Translations under genes and position numbers: made by a program | Notes under the pieces: generated by a model | Database searches by the model: none | What the model saw: the letters and a program-made list of their open reading frames with translations, nothing else | What the model was told of the DNA's origin: nothing | Shown here: positions 1 through 8,409 of the stretch, one piece after another | Position numbering within the stretch: position 1 is the stretch's first letter | Layout of the letters: the number at the start of each line of letters is the position of its first letter | Assembly (NCBI GenBank): GCA_045545615.1 | Contig: JAZQBF010000237.1 | Span: forward strand, 1 to 40,475 | Length of the DNA stretch: 40,475 nt | Source: Faecousia sp. | GTDB taxonomy: Bacteria; Bacillota; Clostridia; Oscillospirales; Oscillospiraceae | Direction of reading: 5' to 3'

Positions 1-2
1 TG

Positions 3-143
3 AAAGGCAGAGTTGTCTTCCTAAGACCGCTTGGCCTCCGACTTGTTACCGGGGATAGACCAACTGCATACATAGATAGGCTTGCGCCACGGATTCGCGC
101 ACAACTGGACGGAGGAGTGTCAATCTATGTAGATGCTGTATGA
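3..143 (+). other. Possible 3' end of an upstream CDS, or structured non-coding segment
   Basis: Frame 3 is open from the window edge to TGA at 141-143 (KGRVVFLRPLGLRLVTGDRPTAYIDRLAPRIRAQLDGGVSIYVDAV*). The same stretch contains several complementary segments, so its coding status cannot be decided here. Confidence 0.3.
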
Positions 144-319
144 GGCATTGCACCCATATCGTTGAATTTGCACCTATGTATTATTAAGTGAGTCCAAATA
201 CACATAACCGGCCCATATTGATACAATCATGTCATTAAGGGTCAGTTATTATTTTTAATTGTGCTTGTTTATTGGACACTTTCTGCGATATAGTAATTCC
301 ATAGAAAGGGGTGATTACC

Positions 320-1129
320 ATGAGTGAATACCAATACTCAAACGATTATGAGCGTGAGGAAACGCAAAAATACGAAAGAACCTATACGCCTGAGGAAATT
401 CAATTGAATAAGAAATTGTTTGAAGAATGTGCAAAAGAACATATTGATTTCGCCGCAGTGGAAGAACTGCTGAAACTGGGCGCAGATCCGCTGGGTGGCA
501 CTGAATTGTTCGGATGGTCTTTGCTAGACCACGTTTATGGTGATATTGTGATGGGCTCACAAGACTACAATAGTGTTGAATTGCCACAATTAACAGAATT
601 GTTTTTGAAGTATGGAATGAATATTGACAAACCGAGAATTCCGTATGACAGATCAAACAGCTTACATCCGTTGTGGGAATATGCATTTGTAATGAACGAA
701 AACGCAATTGGTGCCTTAAAACTACTGCTGGATCGCGGATTATCTGCAGAGAGTTTTGCTGAATTTTGGTATCACGCAATGACAGATTTCTACTATGTGG
801 ATTGTGGTGATCCCCAGAATGATCCTATTTGGAATTACGAATGTGTGTGGGCTTTCAAAATGCTTCTGCTGGGCGCCTCCTATGATCACATCTTAGAAAA
901 TGACGAGATCCTCCGTGGGTTTATTTGTTGCGATATAAATTCCTACGATCTCCACAACTTCCGCAACTGGAACGATTACGAATACTACTTTGATACAACT
1001 TATTGTGCAAGATCTCCTGAACTATACGGATCGATCATACATATATATGAAAAAGCAACCGGTAACGAAATTTGGAAAATTGGTGTGGGTAAGGCAGGCA
1101 GAGAAAGTCTTGAAAAACTTTTGCTGTAA
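320..1129 (+). CDS. Hypothetical protein with ankyrin-repeat-like motifs
   Basis: Long ORF; SD-like GAAAGGGG before ATG 320 (track start is GTG 311). Segments VEELLKLGADP, LTELFLKYGMNID and LKLLLDRGLS resemble ankyrin 'LLxxGAD' ends. Visibly more AT-rich than neighbouring genes. Confidence 0.7.
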   Translation: MSEYQYSNDYEREETQKYERTYTPEEIQLNKKLFEECAKEHIDFAAVEELLKLGADPLGGTELFGWSLLDHVYGDIVMGSQDYNSVELPQLTELFLKYGMNIDKPRIPYDRSNSLHPLWEYAFVMNENAIGALKLLLDRGLSAESFAEFWYHAMTDFYYVDCGDPQNDPIWNYECVWAFKMLLLGASYDHILENDEILRGFICCDINSYDLHNFRNWNDYEYYFDTTYCARSPELYGSIIHIYEKATGNEIWKIGVGKAGRESLEKLLL

Positions 1130-1150
1130 GCCACGGCCTCCCTTGCGTCA

Positions 1151-1202
1151 AAAATGCAACGCAATTCTGAAAATGCAACGCACCGGTGTTTAGCGTTGCA
1201 TT
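1151..1202. repeat. AAAATGCAACGCA direct repeat x2 plus an inverted copy
   Basis: Exact 13-mers at 1151-1163 and 1170-1182; GCGTTGCATT at 1193-1202 is the reverse complement of the core. Confidence 0.85.
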
Positions 1203-1225
1203 GTATCAAATTGTGTAGTATATGC

Positions 1226-1263
1226 AAAAAAATGGGATACCCCGTTGGGGTATCCCATTTTTA
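1226..1263. terminator. Intrinsic terminator, potentially bidirectional
   Basis: Perfect inverted repeat AAAAATGGGATACCCC-gtt-GGGGTATCCCATTTTT. Confidence 0.85.
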
Positions 1264-1298
1264 TATGCCGGTCGGACGAACAGTTGGTGAGAAAATCA

Positions 1299-1327
1299 TT
1301 GCTAAAATGCTGTAGGTCTGGTATCAT
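1299..1327 (+). promoter_or_regulatory. Putative sigmaA promoter of the thioesterase gene
   Basis: TTGCTA-17 bp-TATCAT, with an extended -10 TG at 1319-1320. Confidence 0.55.
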
Positions 1328-1366
1328 ATAGGCAGAAATAAATTTGGCGGGAAAGGAAGCGTTGTT

Positions 1367-1840
1367 ATGAGACAAATCAAACGTGTGGAAGATTCCTTAA
1401 CAGAGCAACAATATCTGGTTTGTCCTGCCCATATCAATCACTACGGCAGACTCTTTGGCGGACAACTTCTGAAATGGATCGATGAATTGGCGGGTATTGT
1501 GGCAATGCGCCATTGCGGCGACACCGTGACCACTGCGGCAATTGACAATTTGCAGTTCAAAGGCCCTGCCTATACGGGCGATCTGGTCGTTCTGCGAGGT
1601 ATGGTCACAAGTGTGGGTCGTTCCTCTATGGAGATCCGCGTGGACACTTACCGGGAAGGGAAGGATGGCAACCGGGAGATGATCAACCGGGCGTATATCG
1701 ATATGGTATGCATTGACTGCAAGGGTCAGCCCAAAGAAGTTCCCACTCTGCAGATCGAGACAGAAGAACAAAAAAGGGAACAAGAGGCCGCCCAAAAGCG
1801 AAAGCAGATGCGCAAACAGCGGCGTGAAGAAGGTTTTTAA
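1367..1840 (+). CDS. Acyl-CoA thioesterase (hotdog fold, YciA-like)
   Basis: Motifs HINHYGRLFGGQLLKWIDE and VGRSSMEI; 157 aa; SD GAAAGGA. Confidence 0.9.
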   Translation: MRQIKRVEDSLTEQQYLVCPAHINHYGRLFGGQLLKWIDELAGIVAMRHCGDTVTTAAIDNLQFKGPAYTGDLVVLRGMVTSVGRSSMEIRVDTYREGKDGNREMINRAYIDMVCIDCKGQPKEVPTLQIETEEQKREQEAAQKRKQMRKQRREEGF

Positions 1841-1843
1841 GGC

Positions 1844-1878
1844 AAAAAAAACACGCCCTTACCGGGCGTCCTTTTTTA
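1844..1878. terminator. Bidirectional terminator between the convergent thioesterase and argF genes
   Basis: A-tract, ACGCCC/GGGCGT stem, T-tract. Confidence 0.65.
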
Positions 1879-2865
1879 TGCTAAGGTGGCGGCCATAACT
1901 GCCTTGATGGTGTGCATCCGGTTTTCCGCTTCGTCAAAGACGATGGAACGGTCACTTTCAAACACCTCGTCGGTGACTTCCATACATTCTACGCCGAACT
2001 TCTGGAACATCTCCTTGCCGATTGTGGTATTCAGATCGTGGAATGCGGGCAGGCAGTGCATAAACTTGCATTGCGGACCTGCTTTTTCCATCAGTTCCAT
2101 AGTGACCCGGTAGGGCACTAACTCACGGATACGGTAACCCCAAACCAGATCGGATTCGCCCATAGAGACCCAAACGTCGGTGTAGATAACATCGGCGTTT
2201 TTCACTGCCTCGTTGGGGTCAGTAATGAACTCTAGTTTTGCGCCGGTCTGGTCGGCGATCTTTTGGCAGGTTTCCCGCAATTCTTTGCTGGGGAAATAAT
2301 CTTCCGGTGCGCAGGCAACAAAGTGCATACCCATTTTGGCGCAGCCTACCATAAGGGAATTACCCATATTATAGCCGGCATCGCCCATAAATACCAATTT
2401 TTTGCCCTTTAAACTGCCGAAATGTTCCTGAATGGTGAGAAAATCCGCCAGTATTTGGGTGGGGTGGAATTCGTTGGTCAAACCGTTCCAAACGGGAACA
2501 CCGGCGTATTTGGCAAGATCTTCCACGATCTGCTGCCCGTGACCCCGATATTCGATGCCGTCATACATTCTGCCCAAAACACGGGCGGTGTCGGCGATGG
2601 ATTCCTTTTTGCCCATTTGGGAACCGGTGGGACCTAAATAAGTTACATGCATACCCAGATCCGCACCGGCAACTTCAAATGCGCAGCGGGTACGGGTGGA
2701 GTCTTTTTCAAAAAGCAAAACAATGCTTTTGCCCTGACAAAGTTTGTGGGGAATGCCTGCTTTTTTCTCGGCCTTCAGTTTGGCGGACAGTTCCAACAAC
2801 TGACCGATTTCTTCCGGGGTCAGATCCAGTAGTTTTAAAAACGATTTATTCGTAAAGGTATACAT
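1876..2865 (-). CDS. argF: Ornithine carbamoyltransferase
   Basis: Motifs [32 protein letters not shown] and [10 protein letters not shown]; follows argG-argH. Confidence 0.95.
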   Translation of the reverse strand: MYTFTNKSFLKLLDLTPEEIGQLLELSAKLKAEKKAGIPHKLCQGKSIVLLFEKDSTRTRCAFEVAGADLGMHVTYLGPTGSQMGKKESIADTARVLGRMYDGIEYRGHGQQIVEDLAKYAGVPVWNGLTNEFHPTQILADFLTIQEHFGSLKGKKLVFMGDAGYNMGNSLMVGCAKMGMHFVACAPEDYFPSKELRETCQKIADQTGAKLEFITDPNEAVKNADVIYTDVWVSMGESDLVWGYRIRELVPYRVTMELMEKAGPQCKFMHCLPAFHDLNTTIGKEMFQKFGVECMEVTDEVFESDRSIVFDEAENRMHTIKAVMAATLA

Positions 2866-2866
2866 A

Positions 2867-4240
2867 TTAAGCCAGTCTCTCTTTCACATAGGTGATCTGC
2901 GCCATAACAGATGCGGCGGAAGTGCCGCCTTCGCTGATCCGCTTTTCCACGCAGGTTTTCAAGTCAATGTCGTTATACAGATCGTTTTCAAACAGATCGC
3001 AGTAAGACTTGTAGGTTTCCAGCGGCAGATTTTCCAGCACGGTGTTCTGCTGAATACACAGCGCTACCAGTTGACCGGAAATTTTATATGCGCTGCGGAA
3101 GGGCAGTCCCTTTTTTACCAAATAATCCGCAAGATCTGTGGCGTTGATAAAACCCTTTTGGGCAGCCAGCAGCATATTTTCCGGGATCGCTTTCATAGTG
3201 GCGATCATACCGGTGAACACCTGCAGGCACATTTTGACGGTGTCGCAGGCATCGAATACACTCTCTTTGTCCTCTTGCATATCTTTGTTATAAGCAAGGG
3301 GCAGACCTTTCAGGGTAGGCAGCAGCGCCATGAGATCGCCGTACACTCTGCCGGTCTTGCCTCTGACCAGTTCTGCCATATCCGGATTCTTTTTCTGAGG
3401 CATAATGGAAGAGCCGGTGGTATAGGCATCGGACAGTTCCACGAATTTAAACTCCCAACTGGACCAGAGAATAATTTCTTCGGAAAACCGGGAAAGATGC
3501 ATCATCAAAAGGGAAAGCGCGCTCATCAGTTCTACGCAGAAATCCCGGTCAGAAACACCGTCCAATGAGTTCAAACAGATACCGTCAAACCCTAATTCTT
3601 CTGCTTCAAAGCGGCGGTCAGTATCATAGGTAGTGCCTGCTAAGGCACAGCAACCGATGGGGGAGAGATTCATCCGTTTCCGGCAGTCGGCAAGCCGCTC
3701 CAGATCCCGCAGCAGCATCATGGCATACGCCATCAAATGATGACCGAAAGTGATAGGCTGCGCCCGTTGCAGATGGGTGTAGCCGGGCATAATAGTCTCA
3801 GCATACTGCTCTGCCTTGTCGGTAACGGCGGTTACCAGGGATTTTGTCAGCGCGGTGATCTCATCGATCTCATTGCGCAGATACATCCGGATGTCCAGGG
3901 CAACCTGGTCGTTCCGGGAGCGGGCGGTATGGAGTTTTTTACCCACATCGCCTAAGCGCTGAGTCAGCACCTGTTCTACAAACATATGAATATCTTCGCA
4001 TTCCATATCGAATGTTAGGTTGCCGCTTTCCAAGTCTGCAAGAATGCCTTCAAGACCGGCGATCAACTGATCTGCATCTGCTTGGGAGATAATGTTTTTT
4101 GCCGCCAGCATTGCCGCGTGTGCCATACTGCCGGTAATATCCTGCTTATACATTCTGCAATCGAAATGAATGGAAGAATTAAAATCATCTGCGATTTTTT
4201 CCGTTACGCCGTCTGTTCTTCCTGCCCACATTTTCGCCAT
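2867..4240 (-). CDS. argH: Argininosuccinate lyase
   Basis: Motifs [35 protein letters not shown] and [12 protein letters not shown]. Confidence 0.97.
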   Translation of the reverse strand: MAKMWAGRTDGVTEKIADDFNSSIHFDCRMYKQDITGSMAHAAMLAAKNIISQADADQLIAGLEGILADLESGNLTFDMECEDIHMFVEQVLTQRLGDVGKKLHTARSRNDQVALDIRMYLRNEIDEITALTKSLVTAVTDKAEQYAETIMPGYTHLQRAQPITFGHHLMAYAMMLLRDLERLADCRKRMNLSPIGCCALAGTTYDTDRRFEAEELGFDGICLNSLDGVSDRDFCVELMSALSLLMMHLSRFSEEIILWSSWEFKFVELSDAYTTGSSIMPQKKNPDMAELVRGKTGRVYGDLMALLPTLKGLPLAYNKDMQEDKESVFDACDTVKMCLQVFTGMIATMKAIPENMLLAAQKGFINATDLADYLVKKGLPFRSAYKISGQLVALCIQQNTVLENLPLETYKSYCDLFENDLYNDIDLKTCVEKRISEGGTSAASVMAQITYVKERLA

Positions 4241-4258
4241 AATGTTTCTCCTTATAAA

Positions 4259-4287
4259 TGTAGGGGCGGCTATCAGCCGCCCGTACA
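4259..4287 (+). repeat. GTAG-type REP-like palindrome between argG and argH
   Basis: GTAG followed by the hairpin GGGCGGCT-atc-AGCCGCCC, with flanking TGTA/TACA. Confidence 0.7.
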
Positions 4288-4294
4288 GATGGAA

Positions 4295-5512
4295 TTATTT
4301 TTTGCCGTCAACCATAGCCTTGACTTTGATAGGCAAGCCAAAGAGGTTGATAAAACCGGCGGAATCTGCCTGGTTGTAGTCGCTTTCACCGAAGGTAGCG
4401 ATCTCCTCAGAGTAGAGAGAGTAGTCGCTCCATACGCCTGCATTGATCATATTGCCCTTATAGAGTTTCAGCCGCACCTTACCGGTGACAGTCTCCTGGG
4501 TCTTGTCAACAAAAGCAGCCAAAGCCTCCCGCAGGGGGGTAAACCACTGACCATTGTAGACCAGTTCTGCGTAAGTGATGCCCAATTTTTGCTTTTCGTG
4601 CATGGTCATCTTGTCCAGGCAGATGCTCTCTAAAACGGAGTGTGCCTTGTAAAGGATAGAGCCGCCGGGGGTCTCATATACGCCGCGGCACTTCATACCA
4701 ACCAGCCGGTTTTCCACAATGTCCAAAAGACCGATGCCGTTAGCGCCGCCGATCTCGTTGAGTTTGAGGATGATGTTCTTAGCGCTCATCTTTTCGCCGT
4801 CCAGAGCGACGGGCACACCCTTTTCAAAATCCAGGGTGATGTATGTAGGAACGTCAGGCGCCTGAATGGGGGAGACACCCATTTCCAGGAAACCGGGTTT
4901 TTCGTACTGAGGCTCGTTGCCGGTGTCTTCCAAATCCAAACCTTCGTGGCTCAAGTGCCACAGGTTCTTGTCTTTGGAGTAGTTGGTCTCCCGGTTGATC
5001 TTCAGGGGGATATTGTGGGATTCGGCGTATTCGATCTCCTCTTCCCGGGACTTGATGTCCCACTCACGCCAGGGGGCGATAATGGGCATATTGGGCGCGA
5101 AATGCTTCACAGCCAGTTCGAAACGAACTTGGTCATTACCCTTGCCGGTACAGCCGTGGCAGATGGCATCTGCGCCTTCCTGCAGGGCGATCTCCACAAG
5201 ACCCTTGGCGATGCAGGGGCGGGCGTGGCTGGTACCCAGCAGATATTCTTCATAAACCGCTCCGGCTTTCAAACAGGGGATAATGTAGTCATCCACATAT
5301 TCGTCGGTGAGATCCAGCACATAGAGTTTGGATGCGCCGGTTTTCAGCGCCTTTTCTTCCAGCCCTTCCAGTTCGTCAGCCTGACCCACATTGCCGGAAA
5401 CGGCGATAACTTCGCAATTGTTATAGTTCTCTTTCAGCCAGGGGATAATGATGGATGTATCCAGGCCGCCGGAGTAGGCGAGAACGACTTTTTTGATGTT
5501 TTCTTTATTCAT
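4295..5512 (-). CDS. argG: Argininosuccinate synthase
   Basis: Motifs [24 protein letters not shown] and [16 protein letters not shown]. Start moved to ATG 5512 (MNKENIKK) because a GGAGG SD lies at 5522-5526. Confidence 0.97.
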   Translation of the reverse strand: MNKENIKKVVLAYSGGLDTSIIIPWLKENYNNCEVIAVSGNVGQADELEGLEEKALKTGASKLYVLDLTDEYVDDYIIPCLKAGAVYEEYLLGTSHARPCIAKGLVEIALQEGADAICHGCTGKGNDQVRFELAVKHFAPNMPIIAPWREWDIKSREEEIEYAESHNIPLKINRETNYSKDKNLWHLSHEGLDLEDTGNEPQYEKPGFLEMGVSPIQAPDVPTYITLDFEKGVPVALDGEKMSAKNIILKLNEIGGANGIGLLDIVENRLVGMKCRGVYETPGGSILYKAHSVLESICLDKMTMHEKQKLGITYAELVYNGQWFTPLREALAAFVDKTQETVTGKVRLKLYKGNMINAGVWSDYSLYSEEIATFGESDYNQADSAGFINLFGLPIKVKAMVDGKK

Positions 5513-5554
5513 AATAGTATGCCTCCAAAGCAAATATTCGTTGTCGTGCTTTGT

Positions 5555-5582
5555 ATTATACACCTATATTCACAAATGTCAA
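5555..5582 (-). promoter_or_regulatory. sigmaA promoter of argGHF
   Basis: Minus-strand TTGACA (5582-5577)-16 bp-TATAAT (5560-5555). Confidence 0.75.
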
Positions 5583-5589
5583 TAGATTT

Positions 5590-5603
5590 TGTATAAATAT
5601 ACA
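5590..5603. promoter_or_regulatory. ARG box (ArgR/AhrC operator)
   Basis: Near-palindrome TGTATAAATATACA fits TGNATAWWWATNCA and lies just upstream of the argG -35. Further partial boxes occur nearby, e.g. TGAATATATACACA at 5717-5730. Confidence 0.7.
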
Positions 5604-5688
5604 AGAATTAGACAAAAGATATACACCGTTCCGGGACGGGACAAATATTTTTATACACTTTGCGCAAATATAATGTATTATAATTCTC

Positions 5689-5717
5689 TTGACACCGTAT
5701 AAATCCGCTGATATTAT
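5689..5717 (+). promoter_or_regulatory. sigmaA promoter of ridA
   Basis: TTGACA-17 bp-TATTAT with an extended TG at 5709-5710. Confidence 0.7.
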
Positions 5718-5752
5718 GAATATATACACAAAATATACAGGAGTAATATGCG

Positions 5753-6124
5753 ATGGATACAGTTTATACACCCAATGCACCCCAGGCCATTGGCCCCTAT
5801 TCCCAGGGCGTTTGCGCCGGTTCTCTGGTGTTCACCTCCGGACAGATCGCTATTGATCCCGTCACCGGTCAGGTGGTTGCTGCCACCATTACAGAGCAGA
5901 CCGAGCAGGTGTGCAAAAATCTGGAGGCGGTGCTGGTCGCAGCGGGATCTTCTTTGGCGCAGGTGATCAAAACCACTTGCTTTTTAAGTTCTATGGATGA
6001 TTTTGCCGCTTTTAACGAAGTATACGCAAAGTATTTTACCGGAAAGCCTGCCCGCTCCTGCGTGGCGGTAAAGACGCTGCCCAAAAATGTGTTGGTAGAG
6101 GTAGAGGCGATCGCCCAGCGGTAA
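5753..6124 (+). CDS. ridA: RidA/YjgF/UK114 family enamine/imine deaminase
   Basis: Motifs APQAIGPYSQ, FTSGQI, FAAFNEVY and PARSCVAVKTLP; 123 aa. Confidence 0.93.
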   Translation: MDTVYTPNAPQAIGPYSQGVCAGSLVFTSGQIAIDPVTGQVVAATITEQTEQVCKNLEAVLVAAGSSLAQVIKTTCFLSSMDDFAAFNEVYAKYFTGKPARSCVAVKTLPKNVLVEVEAIAQR

Positions 6125-6132
6125 ATCGGCTC

Positions 6133-6161
6133 TTGACACCAACCCAATTAAGGCATATAAT
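6133..6161 (+). promoter_or_regulatory. Consensus sigmaA promoter driving the T-box leader
   Basis: Perfect TTGACA (6133-6138)-17 bp-TATAAT (6156-6161). Confidence 0.9.
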
Positions 6162-6166
6162 GATAA

Positions 6167-6434
6167 AAACCGTTGAGGAAGAGTGAGTAAGTCTTTGCCA
6201 CTTTTTTCAGAGAGCCGCGGAGGGTGGGAACGCGGTAAAAGCCAAAGACCCAATGGACTTCCGAGGGCAAGCAGAAACCTTAGGGGAGTATGTGCGCCGG
6301 AGAGACCCTCCGTTAGAAAAGGTCAGCATATGGTAGTATGCGTAAAGTGGGCGCAAAATGCGTCAAGCCGGGTGGCACCGCAGGATATTTCATCCTGTCC
6401 CAGCAGAAAATGCTACGGGACAGGATTTTTCTTT
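6167..6434 (+). ncRNA. T-box riboswitch, Trp specifier
   Basis: Stem I with AGTA, CAGAGAG and GGTGGGAA elements and GGAAG/CTTCC and GTCTTTG/CAAAGAC pairings; specifier-position UGG at 6254-6256; T-box AAGCCGGGTGGCACCGC at 6365-6381; terminator TCCTGTCCC...GGGACAGGA-TTTTT at about 6393-6434; a trpB-like gene follows. Confidence 0.93.
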
Positions 6435-6463
6435 GTCCCATATCTCAGAAAGGAGAATACACT

Positions 6464-7840
6464 ATGTCCAATCAACAGATCCCCTACAAAATTTATTTAA
6501 ACGAAGATGAGATGCCCAAAATGTGGTATAACCTTCGGGCAGATATGGTCAACAAACCGGCGCCTTTGCTGAATCCCGAGACCCATAAGCCGATGACGGC
6601 GGAAGATTTGTCCGGTGTATTTTGCGATGAACTGATCTGCCAGGAGTTGGATGATACAACCGCTTATTTCGAGATCCCGGAGGACATTCGGAATTTCTAT
6701 AAGATGTACCGTCCTTCTCCCTTGATCCGCGCCTACTGCCTGGAGGAAAAACTTCAGACACCGGCAAAGATCTATTATAAATTCGAGGGCAACAACACCT
6801 CCGGTTCTCACAAGTTAAACTCCGCCATTGCCCAGGCGTACTATGCCAAAAAGCAAGGGCTTACCGGTGTTACCACCGAGACCGGCGCTGGTCAGTGGGG
6901 CACAGCCCTTTCTATGGCTTGCTCTTATTTTGGGCTGGACTGCAAGGTCTATATGGTGAAAGTTTCCTATGAGCAAAAACCCTTCCGCCGGGAAGTAATG
7001 CGCACCTACGGCGCATCTGTTACCCCGTCTCCGTCTATGGATACGGCAGTGGGCAGAAAGATTCTGGCAGAGCACCCCGGTACGACCGGAAGTTTGGGCT
7101 GCGCCATTTCTGAGGCGGTAGAGGTTGCTACCAACACGCCCGGCTATCGCTATGTGCTTGGCAGTGTGCTGAATCAGGTTATGCTTCATCAAACGGTTAT
7201 CGGCTTGGAAACCAAGACGGCGTTGGATAAATATAACATTAAGCCCGATGTGATCATCGGCTGCGCCGGCGGCGGCTCTAACCTGGGCGGTTTGATCGCG
7301 CCTTTCGTGGGCGAAAAGATCCGGGGCGAGTCGGACTATCGCATCATCGCCGTAGAGCCGGAATCCTGCCCCAGTTTCACAAGAGGCAAGTATGCATACG
7401 ATTATTGCGACACTGGTATGGTCTGCCCGCTGAACAAGATGTATACACTGGGCAGCGGCTATATCCCCGCATCCACCCACGCCGGCGGTCTGCGGTATCA
7501 CGGTATGAACTCTACGCTGTCTCAACTCTATGCCGACGGTATCATTGAAGCAACCACCGTGAAGCAGACCGAGGTATTTGCTGCCGCAGAGGCATTTGCC
7601 CGGGTAGAGGGAATTTTGCCTGCACCGGAAAGTTCCCACGCCATTAAGATCGCGCTGGACGAGGCAATGAAGTGCAAGGAGACCGGAGAAGAGAAGACCA
7701 TCGTATTCGGTCTCACCGGCACTGGCTATTTTGATATGTTTGCCTATGAGCGTTTCCACGATGGCAAAATGACCGACTATACCCCCACCGACGAGGAGAT
7801 CGCAGCAGGTCTTGCTAAACTGCCCAAGGTGGAAGAATAA
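6464..7840 (+). CDS. trpB2: TrpB2-type PLP enzyme (tryptophan synthase beta 2)
   Basis: Motifs SGSHKLNSA (PLP lysine), TTETGAGQWG, GSLGCAISEA, GCAGGGSN, HAGGLRYHG and PAPESSHA; about 458 aa, typical of TrpB2. SD AAGGAG before ATG 6464; the track start at 6338 lies inside the T-box. Confidence 0.93.
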   Translation: MSNQQIPYKIYLNEDEMPKMWYNLRADMVNKPAPLLNPETHKPMTAEDLSGVFCDELICQELDDTTAYFEIPEDIRNFYKMYRPSPLIRAYCLEEKLQTPAKIYYKFEGNNTSGSHKLNSAIAQAYYAKKQGLTGVTTETGAGQWGTALSMACSYFGLDCKVYMVKVSYEQKPFRREVMRTYGASVTPSPSMDTAVGRKILAEHPGTTGSLGCAISEAVEVATNTPGYRYVLGSVLNQVMLHQTVIGLETKTALDKYNIKPDVIIGCAGGGSNLGGLIAPFVGEKIRGESDYRIIAVEPESCPSFTRGKYAYDYCDTGMVCPLNKMYTLGSGYIPASTHAGGLRYHGMNSTLSQLYADGIIEATTVKQTEVFAAAEAFARVEGILPAPESSHAIKIALDEAMKCKETGEEKTIVFGLTGTGYFDMFAYERFHDGKMTDYTPTDEEIAAGLAKLPKVEE

Positions 7841-7851
7841 GAGGAAACACA

Positions 7852-8409
7852 GTGAAGAAATTTTCAACACTATTCAAAATATTTTCCACATTTTTTAAAA
7901 TCGGCGCGTTTACTTTTGGCGGCGGTTATGCTATGATCCCGCTGATCCAAAAAGAGGCGGTGGAAAAGAACAAGTGGGTCACCGACGACGATATTTTGGA
8001 AATTATCGCCATCGCAGAATCCACTCCCGGACCTATCGCCATCAACTCCGCCACCTTTGTGGGTTACCGTGCCTGCGGCTTTCTCGGTTCGCTGTTTGCT
8101 ACTTTGGGCGTGGTGCTGCCCAGTTTTTTGATCATTCTCGCCATCTCCTTTGTGTTGCGGGAATTTCAGGATCTGCGTGCGGTGCAGTATGCATTCCAGG
8201 GTATCCGGGCTGGCGTTCTTGCGCTGCTGTTTAAGGCGCTATGGGGTATGTACAAAAAAGCACCCAAGGGTTGGGTGTCTTATGTGGTGATGGCAGGCGC
8301 ATTTTTGGCAACGGCATTTTTGAATATCAATGTGCTCTATGTGATCATCGGCTGCGCTGTGTTTGGTCTTGTTACATCTCTGCTGGCTGACAGGAGGGCA
8401 AAACAATGA
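7852..8409 (+). CDS. chrA: Short-chain CHR (chromate ion transporter family) protein, subunit 1
   Basis: Motifs FFKIGAFTFGGGYAM and AESTPGPIAIN; 185 aa, hydrophobic. Confidence 0.9.
   Translation: MKKFSTLFKIFSTFFKIGAFTFGGGYAMIPLIQKEAVEKNKWVTDDDILEIIAIAESTPGPIAINSATFVGYRACGFLGSLFATLGVVLPSFLIILAISFVLREFQDLRAVQYAFQGIRAGVLALLFKALWGMYKKAPKGWVSYVVMAGAFLATAFLNINVLYVIIGCAVFGLVTSLLADRRAKQ

Noticed and set aside
60-105. Minus-strand GTGCG as a possible group II intron 5' end
   Set aside because: Only the pentamer matches. No recognisable domain I, domain V or reverse transcriptase is in the window.
1262-1292. Minus-strand GTTCGTCCGACCGGCA followed by a terminator, resembling a tRNA 3' remnant (att site)
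   Set aside because: No cloverleaf, intact T-arm or CCA can be built, so the similarity is too weak to call.
4640-5596. 318-aa plus-strand ORF and similar long antisense ORFs (6815-7870, 15748-16770, 18228-19178, 23514-24749)
   Set aside because: They lie opposite well-supported genes and show no recognisable motifs. They are shadow ORFs produced by codon bias.
6183-6500. 105-aa ORF, and the 42-aa extension of trpB2, as a possible leader peptide
   Set aside because: Both overlap the T-box RNA, which already explains the region. There is no run of Trp codons, and the strong SD is at the 6464 start.
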